64,000 bases of DNA from Fistulifera solaris (taxonomy: Eukaryota): NCBI GenBank assembly GCA_030295235.1, contig AP026138.1, positions 744,001-808,000 of the forward strand. The letters run 5' to 3'. The translations under genes were made by a program, and so were the position numbers. This document shows positions 26,584 to 38,645 of this stretch, piece by piece; position 1 is the first letter of the stretch; each line of letters starts with the position of its first letter. Below the pieces are notes generated by a model. That model saw only the letters and a program-made list of their open reading frames with translations, did no database searches and was not told the origin of the DNA.

Positions 26584-26909
26584 TCAAAGACAGTAATTCA
26601 GAGTAGTAGCGAATCTTTAGAGATGAACTAAACATTCCAAAACAATGCAATAATCTATGAAAGCGCTACGAACCTTGGGCTACAACGTTGTCTAATGGCG
26701 AATAAAGATGCGCCATTGTAGCTACATTAACGGATTCCGATAATGAGGAGGACGTCGAGGAGTGGCTTTACTTTTCTGTAGCAAACGATGACGATTAATC
26801 ATTATCGACGAAGCAAGTAGCAACATTTTAAAAATATTAGAAAGGGAACGAAATGTTGTAACAGACAGGTTAAACCAAAGTATAAAATCTATGAACTACA
26901 AGCTTCTTG

Positions 26910-28141
26910 CTATACCGGTAGCAAATCATTGACACACTTTGGTAGTTCCAGGGACTGATTGTGTTTGATTTCCTGCATGAATGGCCGTTTCAAATCACAG
27001 AATTGCCGTTCGCGGTCCAGTCGATGTGGCATTGTGTAACCCATGACGCGATCAAAGTCTTCAAAAATAGGATCGACGGGGAATGGCCATGTGTAAATGG
27101 GGCCGATACCGAAAACCTAAAAAAGAAAGAGAATTTAATTAGTTGGGACGTTCAAAGTCGGGATGAAATAGGAGATGGGCGTATCTAACAACACGTACAT
27201 CAATGAGCTGGATTGGCTCCTCGTCGGATTGATTCATCGTATTCGTAGCTTTCTTTTTCAGCCTATCAATTGTCCCAATCCCCGTCATAATTCCGTAGCA
27301 GACATTCATCAGCATGCTGCTTGTAAATAGAAAAGCGCCGATAGCCAGTAATGTCATTAAACGGACCAAGTGAATAATAATCGGATGGAATGTGCAATCG
27401 TCGTCCGCGCAAAAGAAATAATTCCATCCGAATAAGGAAAGCGCATACGCTGACGAGCTCCATGTGTATATCAGAAAGAGAATAAAATGTTTCAAGTTCG
27501 CTGCTCCGACGCAGTTGTTCATCCACGGGCAGTGATGATCCATGTGACTGATGCAGCGGTTGCAGATGCGGCAGTGGTGACTTCCGGGTGGTTTGAATGT
27601 CTGACACTGCCCACACATGGAGTGCGAATCTCGTAACAAGCGTTGTTTCTCGCACGGAATTGCTTGAACAGGAACAGAACCAGGGTCGGTTAAGCTTGTT
27701 TTGGCGTGCGAAGCCAGCGCGAGAAAGCACAAAATGTTGTATATCATACCCAACACTACGGGTATGCCTTCCGTGACGGTCAATGCGGTGACCGTAAATG
27801 CTGAGTATAACATTAAAACCCAGACCATCGTTGACATAATAGATCCTGCTTGATCGGATGAGTTGCACCAAGTTCCGTTCTTTGAAAAGAATGAGTAAAA
27901 GAGTCAACATCAACACAATGAACCCCGATGAAATTGGACGTACCGTTTCATGTGTGCCGAAAGTGAAGCTCCAGGGCTGCTCATTGTAGCTATCAACGTA
28001 ATATTCGCCTCTCTCTCTAATTCGGGGGTATTCTTGAGGCGGTTTGTTTGAATCATCGTAATTATAATCATACTCCAGCAATTCGTCTTTCACCGAATAG
28101 CAGAACGGGTGATACGGCTGATGACGACTGCGCACCGTCAT
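26910..28141 (-). CDS. DHHC palmitoyltransferase, two introns (~27880-27943 and ~27117-27198)
   Basis: Cys-rich CQTFKPPGSHHCRICNRCISHMDHHCPWMNNCVG, DPG motif and four TM segments. The last exon reads VFGIGPIYTWPFP...LLPV*. Confidence 0.92.
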
Positions 28142-28492
28142 GATAAATCAAAATTGAGAACAACTCGACAACGAATTAATAGCTTCTACAAGCGTCGAAC
28201 TCTTTGAATGATATTGTTGAATATTGACAACATACAATGACAATGAAAAGGCAACACGCAACAACGAGAGGAGCAAGCAACGAGGATCATTGAATTCATT
28301 ATGATGTGACAAAAGGCAACTGTGCGATCCGGCAGAGTGAACCGAATATACATATAAGACGCTGAATATTTCAGATATAATAAGTAGTCGTTGACGCGCG
28401 CCGGCCGCACTTGGGTTCAAAATTTCTGGTTGCAACTGTAACGCTAACCCTTGTGCTCCAAATCAATATAGATTATACAGTAGTCTACTTCT

Positions 28493-28515
28493 CCACGACT
28501 GGAATTCAGTCATGA
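28493..28515 (-). repeat. Solo copy of the C/D/MITE terminal motif
   Basis: The reverse complement reads TCATGACTGAATTCCAGTCGTGG, one mismatch over the first 22 nt to the motif at 62732. Confidence 0.7.
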
Positions 28516-28643
28516 GCGCAGAATTTTAACGTCCTTTCCGTACGTTAATCTTCGCTACAAAGCCAATCTTCTAAACCTACAGTAAAGTCCACGTATATCA
28601 ATACTTTAGTTTTACAAGAAACACTATTCGCAAGGCTTGCACA

Positions 28644-30146
28644 TTAGCTAATATGATGGACGGAACCCTCTGAAGGTACATCGTCCTCTTTCTCGCGATC
28701 ATCCGCACAGTTACCTATTTTCGATTCTATTCTACCTTGCGATACGTCCGAATCATCCTGTTGGCTTTCATCCTTGGTAACAACAGTTTTTGTTGTGTTG
28801 AACGAAACTATCGATTTTGCTTTATCCGACAATTTGCTCGTCAATCGCATTGCTGACGCTTGTAAGAGCTCTTTTCGTTCAGATAAGGTTTCAAAAAACT
28901 GGTTGAGTTTGCTGCTCTTGTTATCCCGCCACCAAATAGTCAGGTCACTTCTGATGTTTTTGCTGTACTTCCACCATCGAGGACCAAATGTACTATATTG
29001 TTGTTTAAAGTCCATAAAAGCCGCATCATACTTTTCTTCCAGTCGATGATCCATATTCAAAACGTTCATACGAAAGGTAACCGTGATGAAAGCGAACCCT
29101 GCAAACATGATCCCTGTTTGTAGCAGCTTTGTTAACATTTGCGTGTTCTTGCCTGCCCCGACGGCTTCCAAGCCGGCAGCTAGTGTCCCTAGCCAGAAAA
29201 TCCATTCGCCGGCGTAGTTGGGATGCGTACAATGACTCCATAGTCCTTCCCGACACCATCGGTAGCGATTTACTGGTGAAGACGCCTTGAAGGCACTCTT
29301 CTGCCAGTCAGCCACAGACTCGAGTGCAAGACCGGTTATCTGAAGAAAGATGCCGATCCAAGAAATAGCACCCCTTGATTGTTGAGTTGATTGTATCGAA
29401 AACCAGCAAGGTGATGCGACACAAAAGTATGCCAATGAATAGAACATCCAACACAGTAACTTAACCATTGTGTCAGGAGATTGCTGGTCATTGACTTGAG
29501 ACAATTTTTTATGTAGCGCTGGCCAGTTTATATATGCACGCCAAAGTAAGAAAGATACCATTCGTAAGGACCAACTCACCACCAAGATGGAGTGGAGAGC
29601 TGTCGTTAAATCAAGAGATTTCGTATTGAAAATCAATGACAATGCAACAGGAATCCCTATCCCTGTGCCATATCCCACGGTGATAAAGTATAAGAAAGTA
29701 TCAAAGCCTACCGATGTCCCCAACATAGTGAGAATATAAATGGACAACAAGGAGAGTCCTGATCGATCGGGTCGAAGCAAAACAGCTAAAGCACCGGAAA
29801 GTACAGAAGGTGCGTACGTGGCGGAGTCTTTGACGAGCTTTTTGCTCGATAAAACAGCCTCCTTGATACGGCCATTCGCCAAGCGGTTAGGTAAAGAGTC
29901 GTAATAACGGTTGAGTGTGTTTCTAGTACGTGATGTACCTAGAAAGGTTGTTGGTGTTTCTTGTCTATCCTCTTCTCGATCTCCACCGCCGGATAAGCGA
30001 ATTGTCATGCTGAGTGTCTCTGATGAAATCATTGACGACGTTTCATGACGTCTTGGATGGGAAGTGGCGTCAGTAGAGGTGCATAGAATTGCCAGCACGC
30101 AGAAGCAAAGTGACTTCAATTTTCTCGATCTCTCGACAAGCCTCAT
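28644..30146 (-). CDS. DUF1295 / steroid 5-alpha-reductase-like membrane protein
   Basis: YFITVGYG, WSLRMVSFL, ESVADWQKSAFK, GLWSHCTHPNYAGEWIFW. Signal-peptide-like N-terminus. Confidence 0.85.
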   Translation of the reverse strand: MRLVERSRKLKSLCFCVLAILCTSTDATSHPRRHETSSMISSETLSMTIRLSGGGDREEDRQETPTTFLGTSRTRNTLNRYYDSLPNRLANGRIKEAVLSSKKLVKDSATYAPSVLSGALAVLLRPDRSGLSLLSIYILTMLGTSVGFDTFLYFITVGYGTGIGIPVALSLIFNTKSLDLTTALHSILVVSWSLRMVSFLLWRAYINWPALHKKLSQVNDQQSPDTMVKLLCWMFYSLAYFCVASPCWFSIQSTQQSRGAISWIGIFLQITGLALESVADWQKSAFKASSPVNRYRWCREGLWSHCTHPNYAGEWIFWLGTLAAGLEAVGAGKNTQMLTKLLQTGIMFAGFAFITVTFRMNVLNMDHRLEEKYDAAFMDFKQQYSTFGPRWWKYSKNIRSDLTIWWRDNKSSKLNQFFETLSERKELLQASAMRLTSKLSDKAKSIVSFNTTKTVVTKDESQQDDSDVSQGRIESKIGNCADDREKEDDVPSEGSVHHIS

Positions 30147-30340
30147 TTGTTAGAAGGTCTTTTTCCTTATTTAGCGAGATAGGAGGGTCGTTTGATACAT
30201 TATTGTGTTATGTCTGTAATCCGATTGAATGAATAACCGTCGACGACTTGTGGCTTTTACGTTTCAAGCGCGTGTGTCGGATGTGAAGGAATGAATAGTC
30301 AAGAATCAAGCAAAGGAAAAATACGGAGTAAAGGACCACG

Positions 30341-31427
30341 ATTGTGTTTCATGACTACTGTACAATCGAGTCTTGGCTGGCGTAAACCAACACTCCGTTT
30401 CATAGTGGAAATTCAAGGTGTCGATCCTCGGATTTTCGACGTGAAAAATAAAAGAAACTCTCAACGAGTAGTTCCGAATCATCATTCTTGTGACTTTTTA
30501 TACCCGTGATTATAATTCTATTCGCAGTTGAATGACAATGGACGGATGCGAGAGGCGCAAAACGGAACCCTTTGTTGTTCGGTTCAAGACTCATGACTAC
30601 TGTACAATCGAGTCTTGGCTGGCGTAAACCGACACTCCGTTTCATAGTGGAAATTCAAGGTGTCGATCCTCGGATTTTCGACGTGAAAAATAAAAGAAAC
30701 TCTCAACGAGTAGTTCCGAGTATCATCATTGTTGCGACTTTTTATACCCGTGATTATAACTCTATTCGCAGTTGAATGACAATGGACGGATGCGAGAGAC
30801 GCAAAACGGAACCCTTTGTTGTTCGGTTCAAGACTCATGACTACTGTACAATCGAGGAGTCTTGGCTGGCGTAAACCGACACTCCGTTTCATAGTGGAAA
30901 TTCAAGGTGTCGATCCTCGGATTTTCGACGTGAAAAATAAAAGAAACTCTCAACGAGTAGTTCCGAATATCATCATTGTTGCGACTTTTTATACCCGTGA
31001 TTATAATTCTATTCGCAGTTGAATGACAATGGACGGATGCGAGAGACGCAAAACGGAACCCTTTGTTGTTCGGTTCAAGATTCATGACTACTATACAATC
31101 GAGGAGTCTTGGCTGGCGTAAACCGACACTCCGTTTCATAGTGGAAATTCAAGGTGTCGATCCTCAGATTTTCGACGTGAAAAATAAAAGAAACTCTCAA
31201 CGAGTAGTTCCGAATATCATCATTTTTGTGACTTTTTATACCCGTGATTATAACTCTATTCGTAGTTGAATTGAATGACAATGGACGGATGCGAGAGACG
31301 CAAAACGGAACCCTTTGTTGTTCGGTTCATGACTCATGACTACTGTACAATCGAGTCTTGGCTGGCGTAAACCAATACTCCGTTTCATAGCGGAAATTCA
31401 TGGATTCACGAAAAAATGGCTAGAAGC
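30341..31427. repeat. Family C element copy 2: four 242-252 bp units plus a partial unit and a conserved 3' flank
   Basis: TCATGAC unit starts at 30349, 30591, 30835, 31082 and 31334. Right flank ACGAAAAAATGGCTAGAAG at 31408. Confidence 0.96.
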
Positions 31428-31564
31428 TAGAGAATGTACTATATACAGTCCTTTTCTCTCGAACAACTTATACTGGTATCTGGTATTGCCTCTAGGTCTA
31501 GAACAAAGGTCCGTGCAATCTACACCTATAAACGTAAAATAAAGTTTTTACGACCTGTTTATCT

Positions 31565-33060
31565 CTACACGACATGGACCCCGGATGGGCTTGATTCAGT
31601 AAGATTTGTGCCTCGATCTCGATTCCGAAGGGATGACATGGAATCGAGACTGGCTTCGCGGCTTTTCGGCTGTCGCAACTCCATTTCCGCTCTTCGAGCC
31701 GAGCGTCGAGATTGCGTGAATTTCTTCCGTTTCATTGTCGATTTCGCCCTTCCGCGACGCAGTGACTTGGCAGTGAGAGCGGAAATGAATATGGCAACAC
31801 CGCCAACATGTTCCGGTGTACACACATTGTTGAAAACAAAGAACGAAATAAAGAGAGTCATTGCCTTTCGCGCTGTGCTAGTGATCGACATGGCCAAAGC
31901 TCCGAAATTCTTCGTGATGGCCGCCGAACATGACGATCCGAAAAATCCCATGGAAGAGAAAGTGACCATGACGAGTACTTTGGCCGGAACCGACCACGAG
32001 CGCTCTTCCAGCGGAGTCCCTGCCATGACTTCGTCGTACGTTCCCGGAGTTGCCAGCCAGACAAGACCTTCGCGCAAATCTCCTTTTAAAGCGGCAGCCA
32101 CCGTAATGGCGACCAAAGCAATCGAATACAAACGGAAAATGAACTGACAGGAATGACGACTCGTGTCAGTTGCAATCGACACAGAAAGGCAATAGCACCA
32201 TAGAAACCAACACTCACCTCATCTTGCCCCACTCCAAAGTTCACCATGATACGTTCACTTAAATTGGAAATGGCTCCGTCGCATATCAGTGACACGGTGA
32301 GCATGACCACCCCAATGTGATGAAAGACGGCGGACGAATTCGAGTCGGCATGCATGAAAATCGCCAAGCCCGCTACCATGGCCATAACAATTGCATAATC
32401 CGCAGGATAATACGTCTTGCGGCTAATGATAACACCAAAGATCATGGTAAAGACGACACGCGAACTTTTCATGAGCGTCTTTGCAGGGTAATTGATGTAT
32501 TGCATTGCTAAATTGGTCATTCCGAGATCGAGTGCTCGCAGTAAACTCAGACCCACATACAGTGGCATGGGTACATCGGGTTTCGAAGCAGCCGTAGGAG
32601 AACGAGTGGTTTGCCAGGCAGAAATCTCTCCATCTTCTGTGGGAGAAGTCGTTCGCGACCGTGATAGTTTCATTTGTCGTTGTTGCTTCCTGTACACAAA
32701 ATTTCGCAACAAATACGCCCATCCCGTATATCCACTAAACTGGGCCATGGCCTGAAATAATCCCAAATTGCGATTGCAAATTTGTACGGCAATGAGTTCT
32801 TGCAAATAACCGTACAACAATGAGAACCCGAAAACTCCGATCGCACAGACAATGAATTGCGTCTGCCGCGGTAGATGCGAAATATCCACACCCAACACCA
32901 GAACAGGCTCCGAAACCAAATCTTCAAAGAATTCTAAATCAGCACCAGTGTTGGTATTGATGGAAGCGAGTGAATCGGGAGCTGACTCGATGTCTAATTT
33001 TCCGGCGGCAATGTCCGCGTCATCGACGCTTCGAGGAATGAGTTGGTGACGATTGCGCAT
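31565..33060 (-). CDS. UAA-family nucleotide-sugar/PAPS transporter (SLC35B3-like), intron ~32146-32217
   Basis: LLYGYLQELI, GMTNLAMQYINYPAKTLMKSSRVV, AAITKNFGAL...TSTARKAMTLFISF. Confidence 0.87.
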
Positions 33061-33599
33061 GAATGTTGTGGATTGCTTGTACTGCGAAAGAAGCTATTTG
33101 ATGATTGATTGCGTTGAGAAGGACAAGCAGTGTTTTGTTTATTATTACGAGAGAGAAAAAGATCCTTACAAGGCAAACAATAAGGCAAGAGGAAAATTGT
33201 GGAAATGGGTCGCAAAATTTGTCCGTCATCTTCGCATCTCTCGTGCACGTTGTTTGTTTGCACCGCTCACCCCAAACGACAGTAGGTGAAACAGTACTAT
33301 CGTTAACGTAGCTACTCCGCACTGCGCTCTAAATACTCCATACATTAAGTGCCGTTCTTTCTGTCCTCTCCGTACTGTACCTGGTACTTTAGCTGATAAT
33401 TATATAGTGGGTGACGTCATCAACGGATCGTTTACTATCCGTTGCAGCTTTATTTACAAGACTTATTTACTCCTCTTGGATCCCTTATGTGCGAAACACG
33501 AGACACGACAAAACATTCACGAACGTCCACCGAAGACGAAGAGGGGGGCAACGATGATGCTGGATATTCTTTGTTGCCCTCATTCGATATTGTACTCGG

Positions 33600-35193
33600 A
33601 TGCTGTTATTAGCAACTCTTCTACTCTGGTTCTTCACAAACAATGCACAGGCACTTCAATATGATTTGGTGATCGTCGGCGGCGGAGCGGCTGGATTGTT
33701 TGCCGCTGGTGCTGCTTCTTCGTTCAACAAAAGATCGCCATTGTGGATCTACGACCCGAATTGGGAGGAGATTGCACCAATGCAGCCTGTGTTCCGAGTA
33801 AAGCGCTGCGTTCGATCGTGCGAACATCCCAGTCGGCGCCCGAGCATGTGCGCTTTGCCGTAGAAGCGGTTCGAGCACGGGAACAACCACAACAAATGCT
33901 CGAAAGCAATCCCAATCTGGACTTGCATTTCGTACATTCGTGTTGTTTTGCAGACAGTCATACCATGGAATTGTCGTTTCGGAATGCAACCAGGTGTTTC
34001 ATTAAAAGCCGTCATTTTCTACTGACGGTCGGAGCGGATCCGGTGATACCTTTTGAGTTTCAAAAGCAAGCGCAACAGGCCGGTCTGCCCCTTTGGACTT
34101 ATCGGAGTATTCTGCGACCGGAAGAAACAGAGTTTTGGGATTGTGTCGAGTCCGGTAGTCTCCGGAGACTCTTGATCGTGGGTGGTGGCCCCACAGCGTG
34201 TGAATTAGGGCAGTCGTTGGGACGTTTGTTGGCCCACAATACCACCTTGGAGCTCGTGGCACCGGCCCTGTTGCCGGACGAAGCTCCATCGCTACAAGAA
34301 GCCGCTCAGAAATTGTTAGAGCGAGCGGGTGTTTCCTGCAAACTAAACGTCAAAATGGACAAAATATGGGAGGATAGGAGCATCCAGCTCAGTGACGGCA
34401 GCTATTTAGCACCCGTCGATGGGATCCTCTTTTGCGTTGGACGGAGTCCTTCACTAAAATCCTTGCATTTACACCGAGCGGGTGTTCAATGGAATGAGAA
34501 CGGAGTCAGAATTCGTCCCTCTACACTACAATCCATTTCTGCTTCACACATTTTTGCTGCCGGCGATTGCGCTGATTTAATGGACAAAGGTCCCGATCCT
34601 CCGCGCATGCGGCATGGACGGGCTTTCATGCCGTGCGGAATATGTATGTGCCGTGGTGGTTGCGTATAGGGAGTTCCTCTCAACATAAAGTGGTTCCTCG
34701 CGTTATCTACACAGATCCGGAAATGGCCCGTGTAGGACTGACACGGAAAGAATGCCAGGAACAATATCCGGACTTTCAATCCGTTCTGGTCAAAGAAGAA
34801 GGAAGCGATCGTGCGGATATGGAGCGACGAGAAAGAGACACGGAGGTCACGTTTCTCGAACTCAGAGCTTCTCGAAGCGGTCGGATCTTGGGAGGCACAG
34901 CGTGTGGACCCGCTGCTGCCGAATTGGCCAACAGCATTGGTGTCGCAATCACCAACAGGCTCTCAGTCAGAGACCTGGCCAAATCGATTCACAGTTATCC
35001 TTCCCATGGATACCTCTTGTATCGTGTTGCACTTTCGATGGCTCTTAGCGACACGAGAGGCTTCTTAGAGTCTTGCGGTCCGGTAGGCAAGATACTTGCA
35101 GGATTGATCGGGGCAATAAGCGTTAGCGTCAGGATGCTTCGTTCCTTCTTCGCAGCTCATGTCGTACGCGGAAGAACGAGAGGTAACGTATAA
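33600..35193 (+). CDS. Class-I pyridine nucleotide-disulfide oxidoreductase (LPD/MerA-like) with signal peptide, frameshifts ~33727 and ~34600
   Basis: YDLVIVGGGAAG, GGDCTNAACVPSK (CxxxxC), VGGGPTACELGQ, IFAAGDC, VIYTDPEMARVG, IHSYPS. Confidence 0.87.
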
Positions 35194-35264
35194 ACTAGGA
35201 TTATAAGAAGTTCAATGCTATCCAATTCTTTCGTTGTATCTGAGGACCTTAGCTCGCCGAGTCG

Positions 35265-35459
35265 TCGTCCAGAAGTTCGGGCCCACAACAACGTGGAACA
35301 CCTGGTCCAGATTTTCTGCCGAATCCAGAATTTCTCGAACCTACAATCAACGCATGTACGAGCTATTACAACACAGAACAAATCCAGATTTTGTTCGAGC
35401 TCAGACTTTCGTTGAAGACGCAAAACTACCGATTCCAGATTTTCTGGAATTCAACAGAA
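35265..35459. repeat. Degenerate family B palindromic subunits
   Basis: TCCAGATTTTCTG at ~35306, TCCAGAATTTCTCGAA at ~35324 and ACCGATTCCAGATTTCTGGAATTCAACAGAAT at ~35428 resemble 15461-15490 and 15715-15737. Confidence 0.6.
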
Positions 35460-36765
35460 TGCAAATGCTTTTCTACATTTCAATGAAAATTCAATTAGGC
35501 TTACGACGCTAAAAAAGAAGGACGAAATTCGTGCAAATGGGCTTTCGTGTAAACCTTAGACTTTAGAATGATGTTCATGACTGAAATGATGCTGTCGTGG
35601 TTCCCGTAAACCAACACTTTGGCCTACAGTACAAAATGCGAGAAGCGAACCGCAAGCATCTAGAATGAGTGAATGCGAACTCTGCATTGCAAATGCTTTT
35701 CTTCATTTTAATGAAAATTGAATGAGGCTTACGACGCTAAAAAGAAGGACGAAATTCGTGCAAATGGGCTTTCGTGTAGACTTTAGAATGATGTTCATGA
35801 CTGAAATGATGCTGTCGTGGTTCCCGTAAACCCACACTTTGACCTACAGTAAAGAATGCGAGAAGCGAACCGCAAGCATCTAGAACGAGTGAATACGAAC
35901 TCTGCATTGCAAATGCTCTTCTACATTTTAATGAAAATTCAATGAGGCTTACGACGCTAAAAAGAAGGACGAAATTCGTGCAAATGGGCTTTCGTGTAGA
36001 CTTTAGAATGATGTTCATGACTGAAATGATGCTGTCGTGGTTCCCGTAAAGCAACACTTTGGCCTACAGTACAAAATGCGAGAAGCGAACCGCAAGCATC
36101 TAGAACGAGTGAATACGAACTCTGCATTGCAAATGCTTTTCTACATTTTAATGAAATTTCAATGAGGCTTACGACGCTAAAAAGAAGGACGAAATTCGTG
36201 CAAATGGGCTTTCGTGTAGACTTTAGAATGATGTTCATGACTGAAATGATGCTGTCGTGGTTCCCGTAAACCAACACTTTGGCCTACAGTACAAAATGCG
36301 AGAAGCGAACCGCAAGCATCTAGAACGAGTGAATACGAACTCTGCATTGCAAATGCTTTTCTACATTTTAATTAAATTTCAATGAGGCTTACGACGCTAA
36401 AAGAAGGACGAAATTCGTGCAAATGGGCTTTCGTGTAGACTTTAGATTGATGTTCATGACTGAAATGATGCTGTCGTGGTTCCCGTAAAGCAACACTTTG
36501 GCCTACAGTACAAAATGCGAGAAGCGAACCGCAAGCATCTAGAATGAGTGAATACGAACTCTGCATTGCAAATGCTTTTCTTCATTTTAATGAAAATTGA
36601 ATGAGGCTTACGACGCTAAAAAGAAGGACGAAATTCGTGCAAATGGGCTTTCGTGTAGACTTTAGAATGATGTTCATGACTGAAATGATGCTGTCGTGGT
36701 TCCCGTAAACCAACACTTTGGCCTACAGTACAAAATGCGAGAAGCGAACCGCAAGCATCTAGAAC
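35460..36765. repeat. Family D tandem array, 220-bp unit, ~6 copies
   Basis: TCATGACTGAAATGATGCTGTCGTGG starts at 35575, 35795, 36015, 36235, 36454 and 36674. Confidence 0.97.
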
Positions 36766-36946
36766 CAGAAATTCTGGATTGGGTGTATTTTGTCCTTTGT
36801 CCGTCACAATGATGTAGTCTAACCTTACCTGGTAGGTACACGCACGGCACCGCCAAGCAACATAACCAACGAGAACAACGTTGCCGATGAATCATTCCCA
36901 ATATTTCACATTCCATCGAACAATCGCAATAAATTCTTTGCATAAT

Positions 36947-38110
36947 ATGAATTCAAGTGACCTAAACAGACGGAAGCGCCCTTCGGAAGAGTTGCACAAC
37001 GAATATGAGGGCTACACGTGGGATAAGGGCAATCCTTCGATCGATCGGGTCGACAGCAGCATCTCTGCGAAAGAGTTCTTTCAACGCTACATATCAAAAC
37101 GCCGTCCCTGTATCCTCATCAATTCATCCAAACCCAAAATAACTGCCCAGTTGATCTGTCAGGTCGCTGGTGATGCTGAAGTGCAAGTCGAAAGAAGAAC
37201 TGACGAAACGAAAACGTACGGACAGAATCGCAGTAAAGAATATCAGGTGAACCTTACGATCGACGCGTTCTGGAAGCATTTACAGGACGAAAAAGCTCGA
37301 GAACTGTACTATCTATCGACGCAAGAATCCGATGAAACTTTTTCGACACCTTGTCGACAGCTTTTGGAAGCGGGGCATATTTCTGCAACACTCGACTGGG
37401 CTGGTTCGCTCCTGTTGCAATCCTGTAATCTCTGGTGGGGTGCCTCCAAAGAGTCCAGCTCCGGCTTGCATCACGACTTTCATGACAACTTCTATCTCGT
37501 GCGGTCGGGTATCAAGCGCTTTCGATTGTTTCCGCCCAATTGCAATGTTTCCGTGTACGGTGAAATCGAAACGATTCATCGAAACGGATTAATATCGTAT
37601 CGGAACAATCCGACAAGAGCGGATGGTGTTCCGATAGCAAAGCGAGCCAAGCTGGATGACGAAAGTTCAGATGAGGAAGATTCCGATGAGGATCAGGCTT
37701 TCATCGGGAAGGGGTTTGATTATGAAAGTGACAACTCAGATGATTTCAAATTGGAAGATAATGAAAATGATGATTATGATGAACTAGTGGGGCATGATGA
37801 TAACGAAGATGGAGACTCTGATGCAAGTACCGATGGAAAGATGAGGGCGGAGATTGGTTCCGAGAATGCCCGACCCGATCACTTTTCTCCATTGCATCCC
37901 GATGAAGTAGCGGATCCTGGTCTCACCGTCGACATTCATCCTGGTGAATGCTTGTATCTACCTTGTGGCTGGTTTCATCATGTAACTTCACTCTGTTCCT
38001 CTGGTGAGTGTCACATGGCGCTCAACTATTGGTACCATCCTCCAGATCGTTTTGAATGCTTGGAAGATCCGTACTCTCACCGTGAAGATTTGAGTTCGGC
38101 GAAAACGTAA
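36947..38110 (+). CDS. JmjC/cupin-8 2-oxoglutarate oxygenase (JMJD5/JMJD7-like)
   Basis: YISKRRPCIL, NLWWG, SGLHHDFHDNFY (HxD), KRFRLFPP, PGECLYLPCGWFHHV, ALNYWY. Confidence 0.88.
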   Translation: MNSSDLNRRKRPSEELHNEYEGYTWDKGNPSIDRVDSSISAKEFFQRYISKRRPCILINSSKPKITAQLICQVAGDAEVQVERRTDETKTYGQNRSKEYQVNLTIDAFWKHLQDEKARELYYLSTQESDETFSTPCRQLLEAGHISATLDWAGSLLLQSCNLWWGASKESSSGLHHDFHDNFYLVRSGIKRFRLFPPNCNVSVYGEIETIHRNGLISYRNNPTRADGVPIAKRAKLDDESSDEEDSDEDQAFIGKGFDYESDNSDDFKLEDNENDDYDELVGHDDNEDGDSDASTDGKMRAEIGSENARPDHFSPLHPDEVADPGLTVDIHPGECLYLPCGWFHHVTSLCSSGECHMALNYWYHPPDRFECLEDPYSHREDLSSAKT

Positions 38111-38645
38111 TGACTTTCATCGGAGCGTTGCTGATTTTAATTTCAGTAAGTTAGACTATTTCGCATGCTGTTTGCATTGTTTAGATTGGAGAAAAAAAGG
38201 AAAACTAGATTGTCGAATCATCATCTAGGAATTAGAAATTCACTTAACTTGTCCGCTTTTTCTTAGGTTCCGAGTTATGCAGCTTTCTTGAGGCATTGGA
38301 GGGAGATAGGTCTATTTTATATCGTTAGAAGTGTAAGAAAGGGGTCATTTTATTCTATTTGCGAATAGTCTTCGAGTCTTGCTTTTGTGGCAATATAGAA
38401 TAAGCTGTACCATTACTGGGGGGAGGCACTATGATGTTGAGAAGATCCGAAAAGCCAAAATGGAGGTGAAAGGACATTTCGACCTCATCGTCGTCCGTTT
38501 AACACCTTTTTATGATTGCAACGCATTATCGAAGTGTTTTATTGCAGTGATCATCTTCCTCTCTTCTTCTTTCTTCATCAGTTCTTCTCTATTCATCTAC
38601 AATAATTTACTCGTTCGATAACTATATGTCACATTCAACTGCACG

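Noticed and set aside
31408..31432. Helitron 3' end (CTAG) for family C
   Set aside because: CTAG is present only in copy 2 (copy 1 has CTTG) and I see no clear subterminal hairpin, so the superfamily is left unassigned.
33600..35193. Mercuric reductase (merA)
   Set aside because: No C-terminal Cys-Cys pair or metal-binding N-terminal domain is visible.
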